64,000 nt of DNA, from positions 1-64,000 of the forward strand of contig JAVZCB010000003.1 of the NCBI GenBank assembly GCA_038874595.1. Direction: 5' to 3'. Position numbers and translations under genes: made by a program. Of the stretch, positions 10,688 to 20,267 are shown one piece after another. Below the pieces are notes generated by a model. The model saw nothing but the letters and a program-made list of their open reading frames with translations, was not told the DNA's origin and searched no databases. The stretch is from Candidatus Micrarchaeia archaeon (GTDB lineage Archaea; Micrarchaeota; Micrarchaeia; CAILAH01). Every line of letters starts with the position of its first letter. Position 1 is the stretch's first letter.

Positions 10688-11017
10688 ATGAGCGGTGAAG
10701 TGCTTTCGTTTGAAGAATTCTGGAACTCCCAGCAGAAGAAGCCTAAAGGGATAGGCTTTACAAAAGGCGAGATGAAGAGCCCTGAATGTGTTGATTTCAA
10801 GTACTTGCGCCGTGCACGCAAGCTTGTCCGCGATTACAGGGATATACTAAATCAAAACATATCTGGAAGGAAATGGAAGCTCGGCTCTGAAAGGCTATAC
10901 AGAGGGCACGGGATGTATGTCCTTGTTTACACATTGGTTATCAAGGACGGCAGGAACGTGCTTGACAAGAAGGTTATTGAGTTCATTGCACCCCCGCTTA
11001 TCCCCAAGCAGGATTAA
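10688..11017 (+). CDS. Hypothetical protein
   Basis: 109-aa ORF preceded by a GGTGA SD. Confidence 0.55.
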   Translation: MSGEVLSFEEFWNSQQKKPKGIGFTKGEMKSPECVDFKYLRRARKLVRDYRDILNQNISGRKWKLGSERLYRGHGMYVLVYTLVIKDGRNVLDKKVIEFIAPPLIPKQD

Positions 11018-11108
11018 TATTTCCTCTTATTTTGCTTTTCAATGATTTTTACTACGATTGACGAAGCGATTTTGCTACATTTTATAAATTATCACCCTAA
11101 ATTTATCC

Positions 11109-12923
11109 ATGGCTGACTTTGTATGGAAAATAGGTGGGGAGGCCGGCTTTGGGATTATGGGCTCAGGCCTTCTCTTTGGGAAGGTTTTCACCAGGACAGG
11201 GTATTATGCGCATATCTATGCTGAGTACCCTTCTCTGATTAAGGGCGGGCACAACACAACGCTCGTGCGCATTTCTGATAAGCATACTGCAACACCGGTT
11301 CTCACGAACGATCTTGTTGTTGCACTCAACAGATTTGCAGTTGAGGCGCACGCGCCCCATATGTCAAAACAAGGTGGCATCATATATGACCCCAAAGATA
11401 TCGATGATATCTCTAAAATAGAAATACCTGATGGCGTTCAACTTTATAGTGTGCCTCTTCTTGAGCTTGCACAGAAGGCAGGTGGCGATATGCTGATGCG
11501 CAATACAGTAGCGATGGGCGCATCGCTTGCGCTGCTTGGCTACCCGCTTGATTACTTTAATGAGATAATAAAAGAGATGTTTGGCAGGAAAGGCGGGGAG
11601 ATTGTTGATATTAACATCAACGCGGCGAAGAACGGGTATGATTACATTATGCAGAACTATGATATATCAAAATTCCCATTCAAGTTTTCCCCCAAGAAAG
11701 GTGTGGCGCGTAAGCTTGTTATGACCGGTAATGAGGCGATAAGTGCAGGTGCAATCCAGGCAGGTGTAAAATTCTTTGCGGCATATCCGATGACTCCAGC
11801 ATCATCCATACTCCATTATATGGCAGCAAAGGAGCTTGAGCATAATATAGTTGTGAAGCACTGCGAGGATGAGATTGCTGCGATGAATATGGCGATAGGT
11901 GCAGCGTTTGCAGGTGTGCGCTCAATGACATCAACATCAGGTGGCGGGTTCTCACTTAAAGTTGAAGCTATCGGTATGGCTGCAATGTCTGAGACGCCTG
12001 TAGTGGTTGTCCTCTCACAAAGGACCGGGCCGAGCACGGGGATGCCCACCTGGACAGAGCAGGCAGACTTGAGGTTTGCAATACACGCATCGCAGGGTGA
12101 TTTTCTGCGTGTGGTGCTCGCGCCAGGTGATATTGCAGAGGCCTATAACCTTACGCAGAAGGCGTTCAACATTGCCGAGAAATACCAAATTCCCGTGATA
12201 ATCCTGAGTGATAAGTTCCTTTCTGAGAGTTATAGCACCGTTGACCGCGATGAGCTTGAGGTAGTCCCGGTTGAGCGTGGTAAAATGATAACCGAGAATA
12301 TGCAACCGCTGCCACCGCAGGTGAAGTTCAAGAGATATGAGTTCACGCAGGATGGTGTTTCGCCGCGGCCAATCCCTGGCGTTGTGGGGGGAGAGCACGT
12401 ATCCTCTTCTTATGAGCACTGGGAGAATACGTTTTCAACTGAGCATTTTGAAACGCGCAAGAAAATGGTTGACAAGCGCGCCAGTAAGATTGCACTTCTC
12501 GAGGAAGAGCTTGGTATGCCAACACAGCACGGCCCTTCAGATGCAGAATTGACCCTCGTATGCTGGGGCTCGCAGAAACATGTCGTTTTTGAGGCGGTTG
12601 ACAGGCTTAGCGCAGATGGTGTGAAGGTGAATGCACTTCATTTTGCGTATGTGCATCCCATTCCCCAGAAAGCAATTGAAACGCTCAGGAAAGCGCGTAA
12701 GCTTGTGATTGTTGAGAACAATAGCACTGCACAGTTCGGTGGCTACCTTAAAGAGCACGCGGGAGTTGTGTTTGCTGGCAGCATCCTGAGGTATGATGGG
12801 AGGCAGCTGTTCCCTGAAAATGTATATTCTGGTACAAAGGCAATACTTGATGGGAAGGAAAAGGATGTGCGGGTGGCAGATAACGAGCCCGTTGAGTTTT
12901 ACACAGCATCCTTTGTTAAATAG
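11109..12923 (+). CDS. korA: 2-oxoacid:ferredoxin oxidoreductase, fused gamma/alpha subunit
   Basis: GGEAG.G, IKGGHN, AYPMTPAS, EDEIAA and R.GPSTGMPT motifs. Confidence 0.95.
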   Translation: MADFVWKIGGEAGFGIMGSGLLFGKVFTRTGYYAHIYAEYPSLIKGGHNTTLVRISDKHTATPVLTNDLVVALNRFAVEAHAPHMSKQGGIIYDPKDIDDISKIEIPDGVQLYSVPLLELAQKAGGDMLMRNTVAMGASLALLGYPLDYFNEIIKEMFGRKGGEIVDININAAKNGYDYIMQNYDISKFPFKFSPKKGVARKLVMTGNEAISAGAIQAGVKFFAAYPMTPASSILHYMAAKELEHNIVVKHCEDEIAAMNMAIGAAFAGVRSMTSTSGGGFSLKVEAIGMAAMSETPVVVVLSQRTGPSTGMPTWTEQADLRFAIHASQGDFLRVVLAPGDIAEAYNLTQKAFNIAEKYQIPVIILSDKFLSESYSTVDRDELEVVPVERGKMITENMQPLPPQVKFKRYEFTQDGVSPRPIPGVVGGEHVSSSYEHWENTFSTEHFETRKKMVDKRASKIALLEEELGMPTQHGPSDAELTLVCWGSQKHVVFEAVDRLSADGVKVNALHFAYVHPIPQKAIETLRKARKLVIVENNSTAQFGGYLKEHAGVVFAGSILRYDGRQLFPENVYSGTKAILDGKEKDVRVADNEPVEFYTASFVK

Positions 12924-12929
12924 GTGGTT

Positions 12930-13802
12930 ATGATGGCAACTATCGCAGACCTTACAACAAAAGAAATCCCACAGTGGTGCCCGGGGTGCGGCAACTTTAA
13001 CATAATTTCTGCAGTAAAGGCCGCACTTGCAAAGGTAGGTGTGGGGACTCATGAGACAGTAATTGTCTCTGGGATTGGGTGTGCAAGCAAGAGCCCGCAT
13101 TATGTGCGCACGTATGGGTTTGAGTCCTTGCACGGCCGCGTGCTTCCTGTTGCTACGGGTATTAAGCTCTCCAATCGCAAGCTTACTGTTATAGGCATGG
13201 CAGGTGATGGTGACGCTTACGGAATAGGATTAAATCATCTTATCCACACGTGCCGCAGGAACATAAACATGACTTATATAGTCCATAACAACTCGGTTTA
13301 CGGCCTTACAACAGGGCAGACTTCACCCACATCAATGAAAGGCATGAAGACAAAGTCAACACCGCACGGTGTTATAGAGCTGCCAATCCATCCTCTTGCA
13401 CTGGCAATCACGAGCGATGCCACCTTTGTTGCGCGTACTTATAGTGGGAATTTACCTCATCTTGTAAGCACAATAACCGAGGCGATACAGCACAGGGGGT
13501 TTGCGCTTGTTGATGTGCTGCAGCTGTGCCCATCATGGAATAAGGTAAACACCCCAGAGTGGTACAAGCAGCGCATTTATGACTTGAACAAGGAGGGCCA
13601 CGATACAACAAACAAGATTAAGGCATATGAGAAGGCGCTTGAGGACCTCCACACAAACTATGAAAAAGTCCCGATAGGCATATTTTATAAGGTGCAGCGG
13701 CCGACGTATGATGATGAGCTGCCCCAGGTTAAGGAGAAAGAGCTTGTTGAGCAGGCCATATCAAATGTCAGGATGGATGCCACGCTTAAGGAGTTTGAGT
13801 GA
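12930..13802 (+). CDS. korB: 2-oxoacid:ferredoxin oxidoreductase beta subunit
   Basis: WCPGCG, SGIGC, GDGD and N.VYGLT.GQ.SPT TPP-binding motifs. Confidence 0.95.
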   Translation: MMATIADLTTKEIPQWCPGCGNFNIISAVKAALAKVGVGTHETVIVSGIGCASKSPHYVRTYGFESLHGRVLPVATGIKLSNRKLTVIGMAGDGDAYGIGLNHLIHTCRRNINMTYIVHNNSVYGLTTGQTSPTSMKGMKTKSTPHGVIELPIHPLALAITSDATFVARTYSGNLPHLVSTITEAIQHRGFALVDVLQLCPSWNKVNTPEWYKQRIYDLNKEGHDTTNKIKAYEKALEDLHTNYEKVPIGIFYKVQRPTYDDELPQVKEKELVEQAISNVRMDATLKEFE

Positions 13803-13820
13803 GTAAGTTATGGTGGTTGC

Positions 13821-14297
13821 TTGCGTGTGAGAAGGGCAAAGCGCGTGGCAGGGGTGGCACAAAAAGACAGTTCAAGTGTTGCTGTTGTGCGCGCAAGTAA
13901 AATAGCGGCCTGTCCGTTTTGCAATAATCCTGATGAGGTTATTGCATCTAACCGGTATGCATATGTGATACACGACAAGCATCCATATGTTGAGGGCCAT
14001 TTGCTTGTGATACCAAAGAAGCATTATGAAAACATAATGGAAATGGACGCAAAATCCCTCTGCGGCACGATTGAGCTTGCAAAAGAGATGGAAAAACGCC
14101 TTGTTGAGCGTCTGCACGTAAAGGGTATCACCATACGGCAGAACTGGGCACCGTTTCTTGAAGAGAGCCATCTCGTGGTAAGGCATGTGCACTTCCACTT
14201 AATCCCTCGCTCCCTGGATGATGGGCTTTATTATAAAGTAGGCCGCATATCTATTCCCCCCGAAAGAAGAAAGGAGATAATAAGGTCCTTAAAATAG
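13821..14297 (+). CDS. HIT family nucleotide hydrolase
   Basis: CPFC, GHLLVIPKKH and HVHFHLIPR histidine triad. Confidence 0.9.
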   Translation: MRVRRAKRVAGVAQKDSSSVAVVRASKIAACPFCNNPDEVIASNRYAYVIHDKHPYVEGHLLVIPKKHYENIMEMDAKSLCGTIELAKEMEKRLVERLHVKGITIRQNWAPFLEESHLVVRHVHFHLIPRSLDDGLYYKVGRISIPPERRKEIIRSLK

Positions 14298-14331
14298 AAA
14301 AGTATTTATATAACGAAATCCCTAAATAGGT

Positions 14332-14898
14332 ATGCTGCTTAGGAAGAATTTAAATAATACAAATTCTCTGCCTTCCAGGAAGGATTTTTTCTCCGTAAAG
14401 GGAAAGGCAGAGCAGCTTATGGCGCTCAAAAAGGATGAGATTGCCCTCTACCTTGATGCGTGCTATCTTTTGAGTGCAATAAGTGCCGGTATTAAGCCAA
14501 CTGAACTGGTTGAAAGGCTCTCAGAAAAGGCCACAGTCGTGCTCATTAAAAGTGTAATTGATGAAGTGCAGGGAAACCTTGCAAAGGCAGAATTCAGCCA
14601 TGTTAACAGGAGCGCGGCACTTGCAGACATACAAGCCCTTTATTCGCTTTCTAATATGAACCCTTACGTTGTTTTTGATAGCGTTGAGGTGTCAGATAAG
14701 GATTTTGCGGAGCTTAGTGCAAAGATGAAATCAGTAAACCCATCTGGCAACTGCAGGGTTGGGCTCGGTGAGGCGTCAATATACAAGCATTTTATGGCTG
14801 TAAAGGACCTTTTCAAGGCAGTGTTTATTGCCTCAAACGATGCTGATGTTGGCTATATTTTTGAAGGCATAGAGAATGTTTACGTTTTTGGTGCTTAG
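14332..14898 (+). CDS. PIN-domain-like putative ribonuclease
   Basis: Acidic tetrad pattern: LYLDAC, VIDEV, GLGEASI, IASND. Confidence 0.6.
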   Translation: MLLRKNLNNTNSLPSRKDFFSVKGKAEQLMALKKDEIALYLDACYLLSAISAGIKPTELVERLSEKATVVLIKSVIDEVQGNLAKAEFSHVNRSAALADIQALYSLSNMNPYVVFDSVEVSDKDFAELSAKMKSVNPSGNCRVGLGEASIYKHFMAVKDLFKAVFIASNDADVGYIFEGIENVYVFGA

Positions 14899-15020
14899 GC
14901 TTTATTTTTACAGGGTGTAGAAATCCTATCAGATGGTATATGTAAAGTGATGTGGTGTAGATGATTTCTGCGGAGCCTACTTTTAGAAACATTTTTATAT
15001 TAAAAATCCCTCATTAAGCC

Positions 15021-15671
15021 ATGATTAATGAGTTTCACTATCCTAAGCCAAAACGGCTTCCAATAGGCCCAAGAATAAAAGGCAAGGAATATATGTCCCC
15101 AAAGGATGTAGATTGGCTGTTTAAGTCGCGCCTTTTAATTGAGGAAAAAATGGATGGGAAGCAAGTATTTTTTGAAGCAGGCAATTATATTTTGTGGTGT
15201 GAAGACCTGCTCAGGAAACACTCAATAAAATACCGCGTCCCCGGAAGGTACGCGCTTTTTGATGTGTATGACAGAAACAAGAAGCAATTTTTGGATTGGG
15301 CGCATAAGATTGAGGTCTGGGAGGATATTAGGCGCGGGAAAATCCTTATAAAAGATAGGTCTATGCAAAATTCATCCCTGCTTATATTTCCTGTGCCGAA
15401 GGTTGCAGTGGTGAGGGGCAAAACCCCTCTTGAAATTGCAAACCTGATCACCTTTTCTGTATACGCCAAAGATGGAAAGCTTAACCCGGCTATGATGGAA
15501 GGTGTAGTTATAAAGCAGGATAGAATCCAATTCTATATTGAGTTTATTACAGGTAAACTCGTAAGGGAGGAATTTGAGAAAGGGATTACGACAAATTACC
15601 TAAACCTTCCTAAGGAAAACAATATTATCGACCCCTCAATTCCTGTTGTGCTTGAGTATAATCATATTTAA
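15021..15671 (+). CDS. Stand-alone ATP-dependent RNA ligase family nucleotidyltransferase
   Basis: Motif I EEKMDG, WCE, LFDVY, motif IV EGVVIK, motif V GKLVREEF. Confidence 0.8.
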   Translation: MINEFHYPKPKRLPIGPRIKGKEYMSPKDVDWLFKSRLLIEEKMDGKQVFFEAGNYILWCEDLLRKHSIKYRVPGRYALFDVYDRNKKQFLDWAHKIEVWEDIRRGKILIKDRSMQNSSLLIFPVPKVAVVRGKTPLEIANLITFSVYAKDGKLNPAMMEGVVIKQDRIQFYIEFITGKLVREEFEKGITTNYLNLPKENNIIDPSIPVVLEYNHI

Positions 15672-15729
15672 ACATTACCCTTTTACCTTAGTAATAAAAT
15701 ATTAATATAACTTATACATCAAACCAATT

Positions 15730-17094
15730 ATGGCTAACGGTTTTCTCCAGCGATTGCGTGAAGCATACAAACGGCGTAAGGAAGAAAGGAGGCACCGCAA
15801 AGAGGCGCTGAAGGCATTCAGGAAAATGTCTAATGTTCCTCAAGTTACAAATGGCACGACCTCACTCAATGAAAGCCGCAGAATAAGTTATGAGCTGAAC
15901 AAACAGCAGCTTGCATATGCTATTCAGGCACACAACAAAAATGAAATAATAGCGACACTCAAAGATATCGGAGAATTGGCATCACGCGACCCAGAAATTG
16001 CAAAAGACTGGGAGGTCCTCATAACTGAAAGGGAGAAATCTCTTATTAAATCTGAGATCATAAGGTACTCTTTGCCGCGTTTTATTCGCCACCCAATCCT
16101 ATCAACTTCAGAGTTTATCTCAAGCATAGGCAGCAGGCTGAACAATGGCATAACCCGTTTGTATCTTTGGCTTTTCTCCCTTACCTCCATTCCATCTTGG
16201 GTTGAGGCGCACGCCAAGATGCAGGATGCTTACAAGATGCCTTCTGAAGAAAACATACGGAAGGCCGGCATTCAGAATATTGTTGCTGTATTTGATACAG
16301 CAACAGCTATGCTTCTCTGCTACTTTTCATATGATTTTATGCGCGACCTTAACCACGACATATTTGCCCTTAAGGCGGCAGGCGCGCTCACGATGCGTGC
16401 AGTGATTCATAAGGCGGCGCTTGCGCTGTTCGCAAAATCTCTTGTTTTTATCTCGGTTGATGCATTCAAGAGCTCAGAGCGCAGGCGCATAGAGAACGAG
16501 CTTATCGGGATGCGCGCAGTTGAAGTCTCATTGCAGGCGCTCGGCCAGAAAGATGAGTACACACTTGGCCATACCGAGCGCGTTTCAGAATACTCTGAAT
16601 GGATTGCACGCGACCTTGGCCTTCCAGAGCGGGAGGTTATCATTGTAAAGCATGCTGCAAAGCTGCACGACCTTGGAAAGCTTGGAATGCCTGATGCAAT
16701 CCTGCTTAAGAATGGGAAGCTGACAAATGAGGAGTTTGAGCAGGTGAAGATGCACCCGCTCCGTGGCTACACGCTTGCCCTGAATTTCACAAAAATTGAC
16801 GAGGTGCTATTGGGGATACTGATGCACCACGAGAAGCTCAACGGCAAAGGATACTATGGTGTGAAAGGTGATGAGATACCTCTCAGCGCACGCATAATCT
16901 CTGTTGCTGATATTTATGATGCCCTAAGGACCAACCGCCCATACCAGAAAGGCAGGACGCACGAAGAAGCAGTATCAATGCTTAGGAATTTTGCAGAAAA
17001 AGGTGAGATAGATTCTGCACTTGTTGATGTGTTTGTAAAGGCATATGAGCGCAGGATGGGCGCAACAGGCAAAAATACTTTATTAATTTATTAA
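15730..17094 (+). CDS. Membrane-associated HD-GYP phosphodiesterase
   Basis: D.YT.GH..RV, LHDLGK, HHEKLNGKGYYG and VAD.YDAL...RPY motifs; hydrophobic segments in the N-terminal half. Confidence 0.88.
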   Translation: MANGFLQRLREAYKRRKEERRHRKEALKAFRKMSNVPQVTNGTTSLNESRRISYELNKQQLAYAIQAHNKNEIIATLKDIGELASRDPEIAKDWEVLITEREKSLIKSEIIRYSLPRFIRHPILSTSEFISSIGSRLNNGITRLYLWLFSLTSIPSWVEAHAKMQDAYKMPSEENIRKAGIQNIVAVFDTATAMLLCYFSYDFMRDLNHDIFALKAAGALTMRAVIHKAALALFAKSLVFISVDAFKSSERRRIENELIGMRAVEVSLQALGQKDEYTLGHTERVSEYSEWIARDLGLPEREVIIVKHAAKLHDLGKLGMPDAILLKNGKLTNEEFEQVKMHPLRGYTLALNFTKIDEVLLGILMHHEKLNGKGYYGVKGDEIPLSARIISVADIYDALRTNRPYQKGRTHEEAVSMLRNFAEKGEIDSALVDVFVKAYERRMGATGKNTLLIY

Positions 17095-17125
17095 TAATGG
17101 GCACGGCCCTGATTTTCAGGTGTGC

Positions 17126-17560
17126 CTATTTTTCTTCAATGATGAGCATTAGTTCTTGGCACATGTCATCTTTTTTCTTCTCGAAGATGGCACAATCCGG
17201 CCTTTTCTGAAAAACTCCACTGCAATTTTTTCGTATGCACAGTTTTTTCATTATGTTAATCATCTCATCGTCCGCGTTTTTAATCTCACCTGTGGCCCAG
17301 GCACAATAAATTTTTCCGTCCCTCTCAACCTTTTCAAAAGCTTCGCAGAACTCTTTTTCTCTTGCAAAATCCCCGCTGCATTTCCTTGCCTTGCATACTT
17401 CGGGCATAACGTTTTTCATTGTTAAAGGGTCGGTACTCCCCTCTTTATATACACAGTGAATTCTTACGTTTTTCACAACTTCACCCACACACGTGCTCAG
17501 CACGGAACCCTTAAAGGCTTTTTTCCTATATCGCTCCTTACACCCAACAGTTTCATACAA
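17126..17560 (-). CDS. Cys-rich hypothetical protein with internal repeat
   Basis: 11 Cys; two copies of C-x4-CSG-x-F-x5/6-C-x2-FEK. Confidence 0.6.
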   Translation of the reverse strand: MYETVGCKERYRKKAFKGSVLSTCVGEVVKNVRIHCVYKEGSTDPLTMKNVMPEVCKARKCSGDFAREKEFCEAFEKVERDGKIYCAWATGEIKNADDEMINIMKKLCIRKNCSGVFQKRPDCAIFEKKKDDMCQELMLIIEEK

Positions 17561-17573
17561 TACACCCCTCTAC

Positions 17574-17984
17574 TCATTCAGTAAGCGTTTCAACGATATC
17601 ATATTTCATTAACTTAAGTGCAAGCTCCAGTGCAGCGTTCATTTCTGTACAGCCGCTTTGCTTAAGCAGCCTTACAAGATTAACATTACCAGTAAAAACA
17701 GCATACATCATTAGGTCTCCCTCATACTTTGCCTTTACGTTCACATCTGCATTCTGGCTTATGAGGAATTCAGCAATATCATAATTTCCTTTTATCACCG
17801 CATAAAACAAAGGTGTGAACCCTTTTTCATCCCTGAAATTTGGGTCCGCCCCTTTCTTAATGAGATTTTTTACCTTTTTCAGGTTGTTGCTTGCAACAGC
17901 ATCCATCAGTCTTTCGGATAGTATATCCACCTCTCCAAAATTTCTTTCATGTGCCGGATGCGGGCTTTGGATTGTTTTATGCAT
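17574..17984 (-). CDS. Ankyrin repeat protein
   Basis: GADPN..D..GFTPLFYAV..GN..IAEFLI...ADVN ankyrin consensus. Confidence 0.9.
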   Translation of the reverse strand: MHKTIQSPHPAHERNFGEVDILSERLMDAVASNNLKKVKNLIKKGADPNFRDEKGFTPLFYAVIKGNYDIAEFLISQNADVNVKAKYEGDLMMYAVFTGNVNLVRLLKQSGCTEMNAALELALKLMKYDIVETLTE

Positions 17985-18112
17985 GTTTAACACGTAATTA
18001 CTAGAAACAAACCTATATATATAGGTTATCATATCCAAAAAGCAAACTAACCTTATTAAATATGGGTGGCCTAAAAAGTATCGGCCTTATATAGGCTAAG
18101 GATGTGACTGTA

Positions 18113-18364
18113 ATGGAAGAAGGCAGTTTTGAAGAGAGGGGAGAAAGAAGAGGTCCCCCAAGAGGATTTGCACCCAAGCCAGTAAAGCTTGGTGAGAAGG
18201 TGAAGGTCCATGTGGACAATATGGGCAAGGAAGGTGACGGTGTTGCCAAGGTCCAGGGCTTTGTTGTATTTGTAAAAGGTGCAACAGAGGCCGATGTTGG
18301 GCAGGATGTGGATGTAAACATTACTTTTATAGGCAGAAAATTTGCAATTGGTGAAAAGGCGTAA
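18113..18364 (+). CDS. Stand-alone TRAM domain RNA-binding protein
   Basis: PVKLGE...V.V..MGKEGDGVAKVQGFVVFVKG...G..V.V.IT..G.KFAIG. Confidence 0.92.
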   Translation: MEEGSFEERGERRGPPRGFAPKPVKLGEKVKVHVDNMGKEGDGVAKVQGFVVFVKGATEADVGQDVDVNITFIGRKFAIGEKA

Positions 18365-18407
18365 TTTTGCGCTTTGCTCTTCTTACTACAAGTAGTTTTT
18401 GCTTTTT

Positions 18408-19346
18408 TTATTTTAATACCCGTATTACAAAAGGCACTATCATGCTATATGATACGTAAAACATAACGAGCGTGGAAATAATGAGCGGAAGGAAATACTT
18501 AAACCCCTCAATCCTGTTTCCTGCCCTTATTATTCCTATGAGAATGCTAGCAGTAAACGATGAGCCTGCTAGCACAACTACAGAGATAATCGTCAAGAAC
18601 TCCTTACTTATGTGTGGAAACCCGAAGCTCATATATGATGCAACATAGGAGAGCTGCTGTGACGTCTCAATGTTTGACATGAGTTCCATTACGTTTATGC
18701 TCACCGCAAGCAGGAACGGCATAGTAATGATAATCCCAAACAGCACAAACGTGGTATACATAGAAGTTTGTGCAACGAGTGAATCGTGCAGTTCGTTAAG
18801 GCGTTGTATATCTGAAGCGCTCGTCTCAAGCGCTTTCACCACGTCACCCCCCGATCTGAGCGATGTTGTAAACATAAGCAAGACCCTGTCCAGCAAATCC
18901 GACCTGATGCGTTTTTTGATTTCATCAGCTATCTCTTCCATCGAATTGGTTCCCATTGAGCGGGCAGTGAGGTATTTCAGCTCTTTTGATATTACCCCAA
19001 ACTCCGGCCGTGCAGCCGCACGGACCGCAACGATGGGTGTCAGGCCGGCACTAATATTAGCAGCTATTACCCTGAGCAAGTCCGGAAGCATACGCTCAAC
19101 TTCGGCCCTTCTGTCTTCTATACACATCTCTAACTGCACATATCTTACTATTGGCATAACTGCAAGCATAATCAGGAACATTCCTATTGCTGGAATAACA
19201 CCAAACAGTATGAGTGCAGGCGCAGATACTACGATTGCAGCGGCAATAGCATAAATAGCTGTCCTTCTTATCCACTCTTCAGGCTGCAACCTGCTTCCAG
19301 CGTAACGTAACTTCTCCTCTAACACGGAAAACAACTCTGCAATCAT
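18408..19346 (-). CDS. Type II secretion F / TadC-FlaJ-like pilus platform protein
   Basis: LPD.LR.IA.NI.AG, FG.IS.E, SGG motifs; TM helices. Confidence 0.88.
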   Translation of the reverse strand: MIAELFSVLEEKLRYAGSRLQPEEWIRRTAIYAIAAAIVVSAPALILFGVIPAIGMFLIMLAVMPIVRYVQLEMCIEDRRAEVERMLPDLLRVIAANISAGLTPIVAVRAAARPEFGVISKELKYLTARSMGTNSMEEIADEIKKRIRSDLLDRVLLMFTTSLRSGGDVVKALETSASDIQRLNELHDSLVAQTSMYTTFVLFGIIITMPFLLAVSINVMELMSNIETSQQLSYVASYMSFGFPHISKEFLTIISVVVLAGSSFTASILIGIIRAGNRIEGFKYFLPLIISTLVMFYVSYSMIVPFVIRVLK

Positions 19347-20254
19347 AACAGTGGCCTCCTGACACGTATATATTCAACAATCGCAACCTGGCAGGCTATG
19401 AACGTGAGCACTGACATAATCATAACCTGCTCAATAGACAGCGAAATCCTTCCTATACTCACCGTACCGCCATGTGACAGGAATACGGATACTGTGGTAA
19501 GCAGAAGCATAGCAAGTGATGGCACAACTACAGCGGCCATTAGGTAAAGCAATATGTAGAAGTTTAAGTTTTGCGAGTACTGCTTTATCCTGTTATCCTG
19601 ATAATTTCTTATTGCGCTAATAAGGTCTTTCATCGCAACGTCCAGGCTTGCACCTGTGTACAGCACAGTTGATAACTGCCATAGTACGCGCCGCATAAAT
19701 TCAGATTTATTCTTCTCTGCAACATTTGCGAGTGCTTCTTCCTGGCTCTCACCGCTCATCATCCTCTCCATAACTTCACGGAACTGCTCAGACACTTTTC
19801 CATATCTGCCCTGCGCAACACGCCTCATCGCCTCAGTAAGTGAAGTGCCTGCTGAAACCTGCATTACCAAATCATTCAGTGCATATGTAAGGTGCGAATC
19901 AATTTCTTCTGCCTCTTTTTTGAGAAGTATGCTGGGGTACGCAGCAAACACAATCATAAACATTGCAGTTACAGCCACAAGCGCGGCTGCGGTGGGAATG
20001 AGCGCGTGTTCCGTGCTCTTTTCAAACACAATCGTCAATGCAAACACGAGAATTGCAAACAACAACCCCCACAGTATGGCGTTCACGGCAGATGCTATCA
20101 AGTATTCCCCGCTCTTAATATCAGCATCAAGAAGCTCAAGGTCCGTATTCAGTGCCTGAAACTTATCAGTAAGCATCTCTGCTAGTGCAGGTACTGCCTG
20201 CACGGCCTTTTCTCCGAGGCCAGTTGAGATAAACAAAGGTATTCTTATTTTCAT
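19343..20254 (-). CDS. Type II secretion F / TadC-FlaJ-like pilus platform protein
   Basis: ID..L.YAL.DL..QV.AG.SL..A and YG.VS..F motifs; between the ATPase and the second F protein. Confidence 0.88.
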   Translation of the reverse strand: MKIRIPLFISTGLGEKAVQAVPALAEMLTDKFQALNTDLELLDADIKSGEYLIASAVNAILWGLLFAILVFALTIVFEKSTEHALIPTAAALVAVTAMFMIVFAAYPSILLKKEAEEIDSHLTYALNDLVMQVSAGTSLTEAMRRVAQGRYGKVSEQFREVMERMMSGESQEEALANVAEKNKSEFMRRVLWQLSTVLYTGASLDVAMKDLISAIRNYQDNRIKQYSQNLNFYILLYLMAAVVVPSLAMLLLTTVSVFLSHGGTVSIGRISLSIEQVMIMSVLTFIACQVAIVEYIRVRRPLL

Positions 20255-20267
20255 TTTAGATAGCCAC

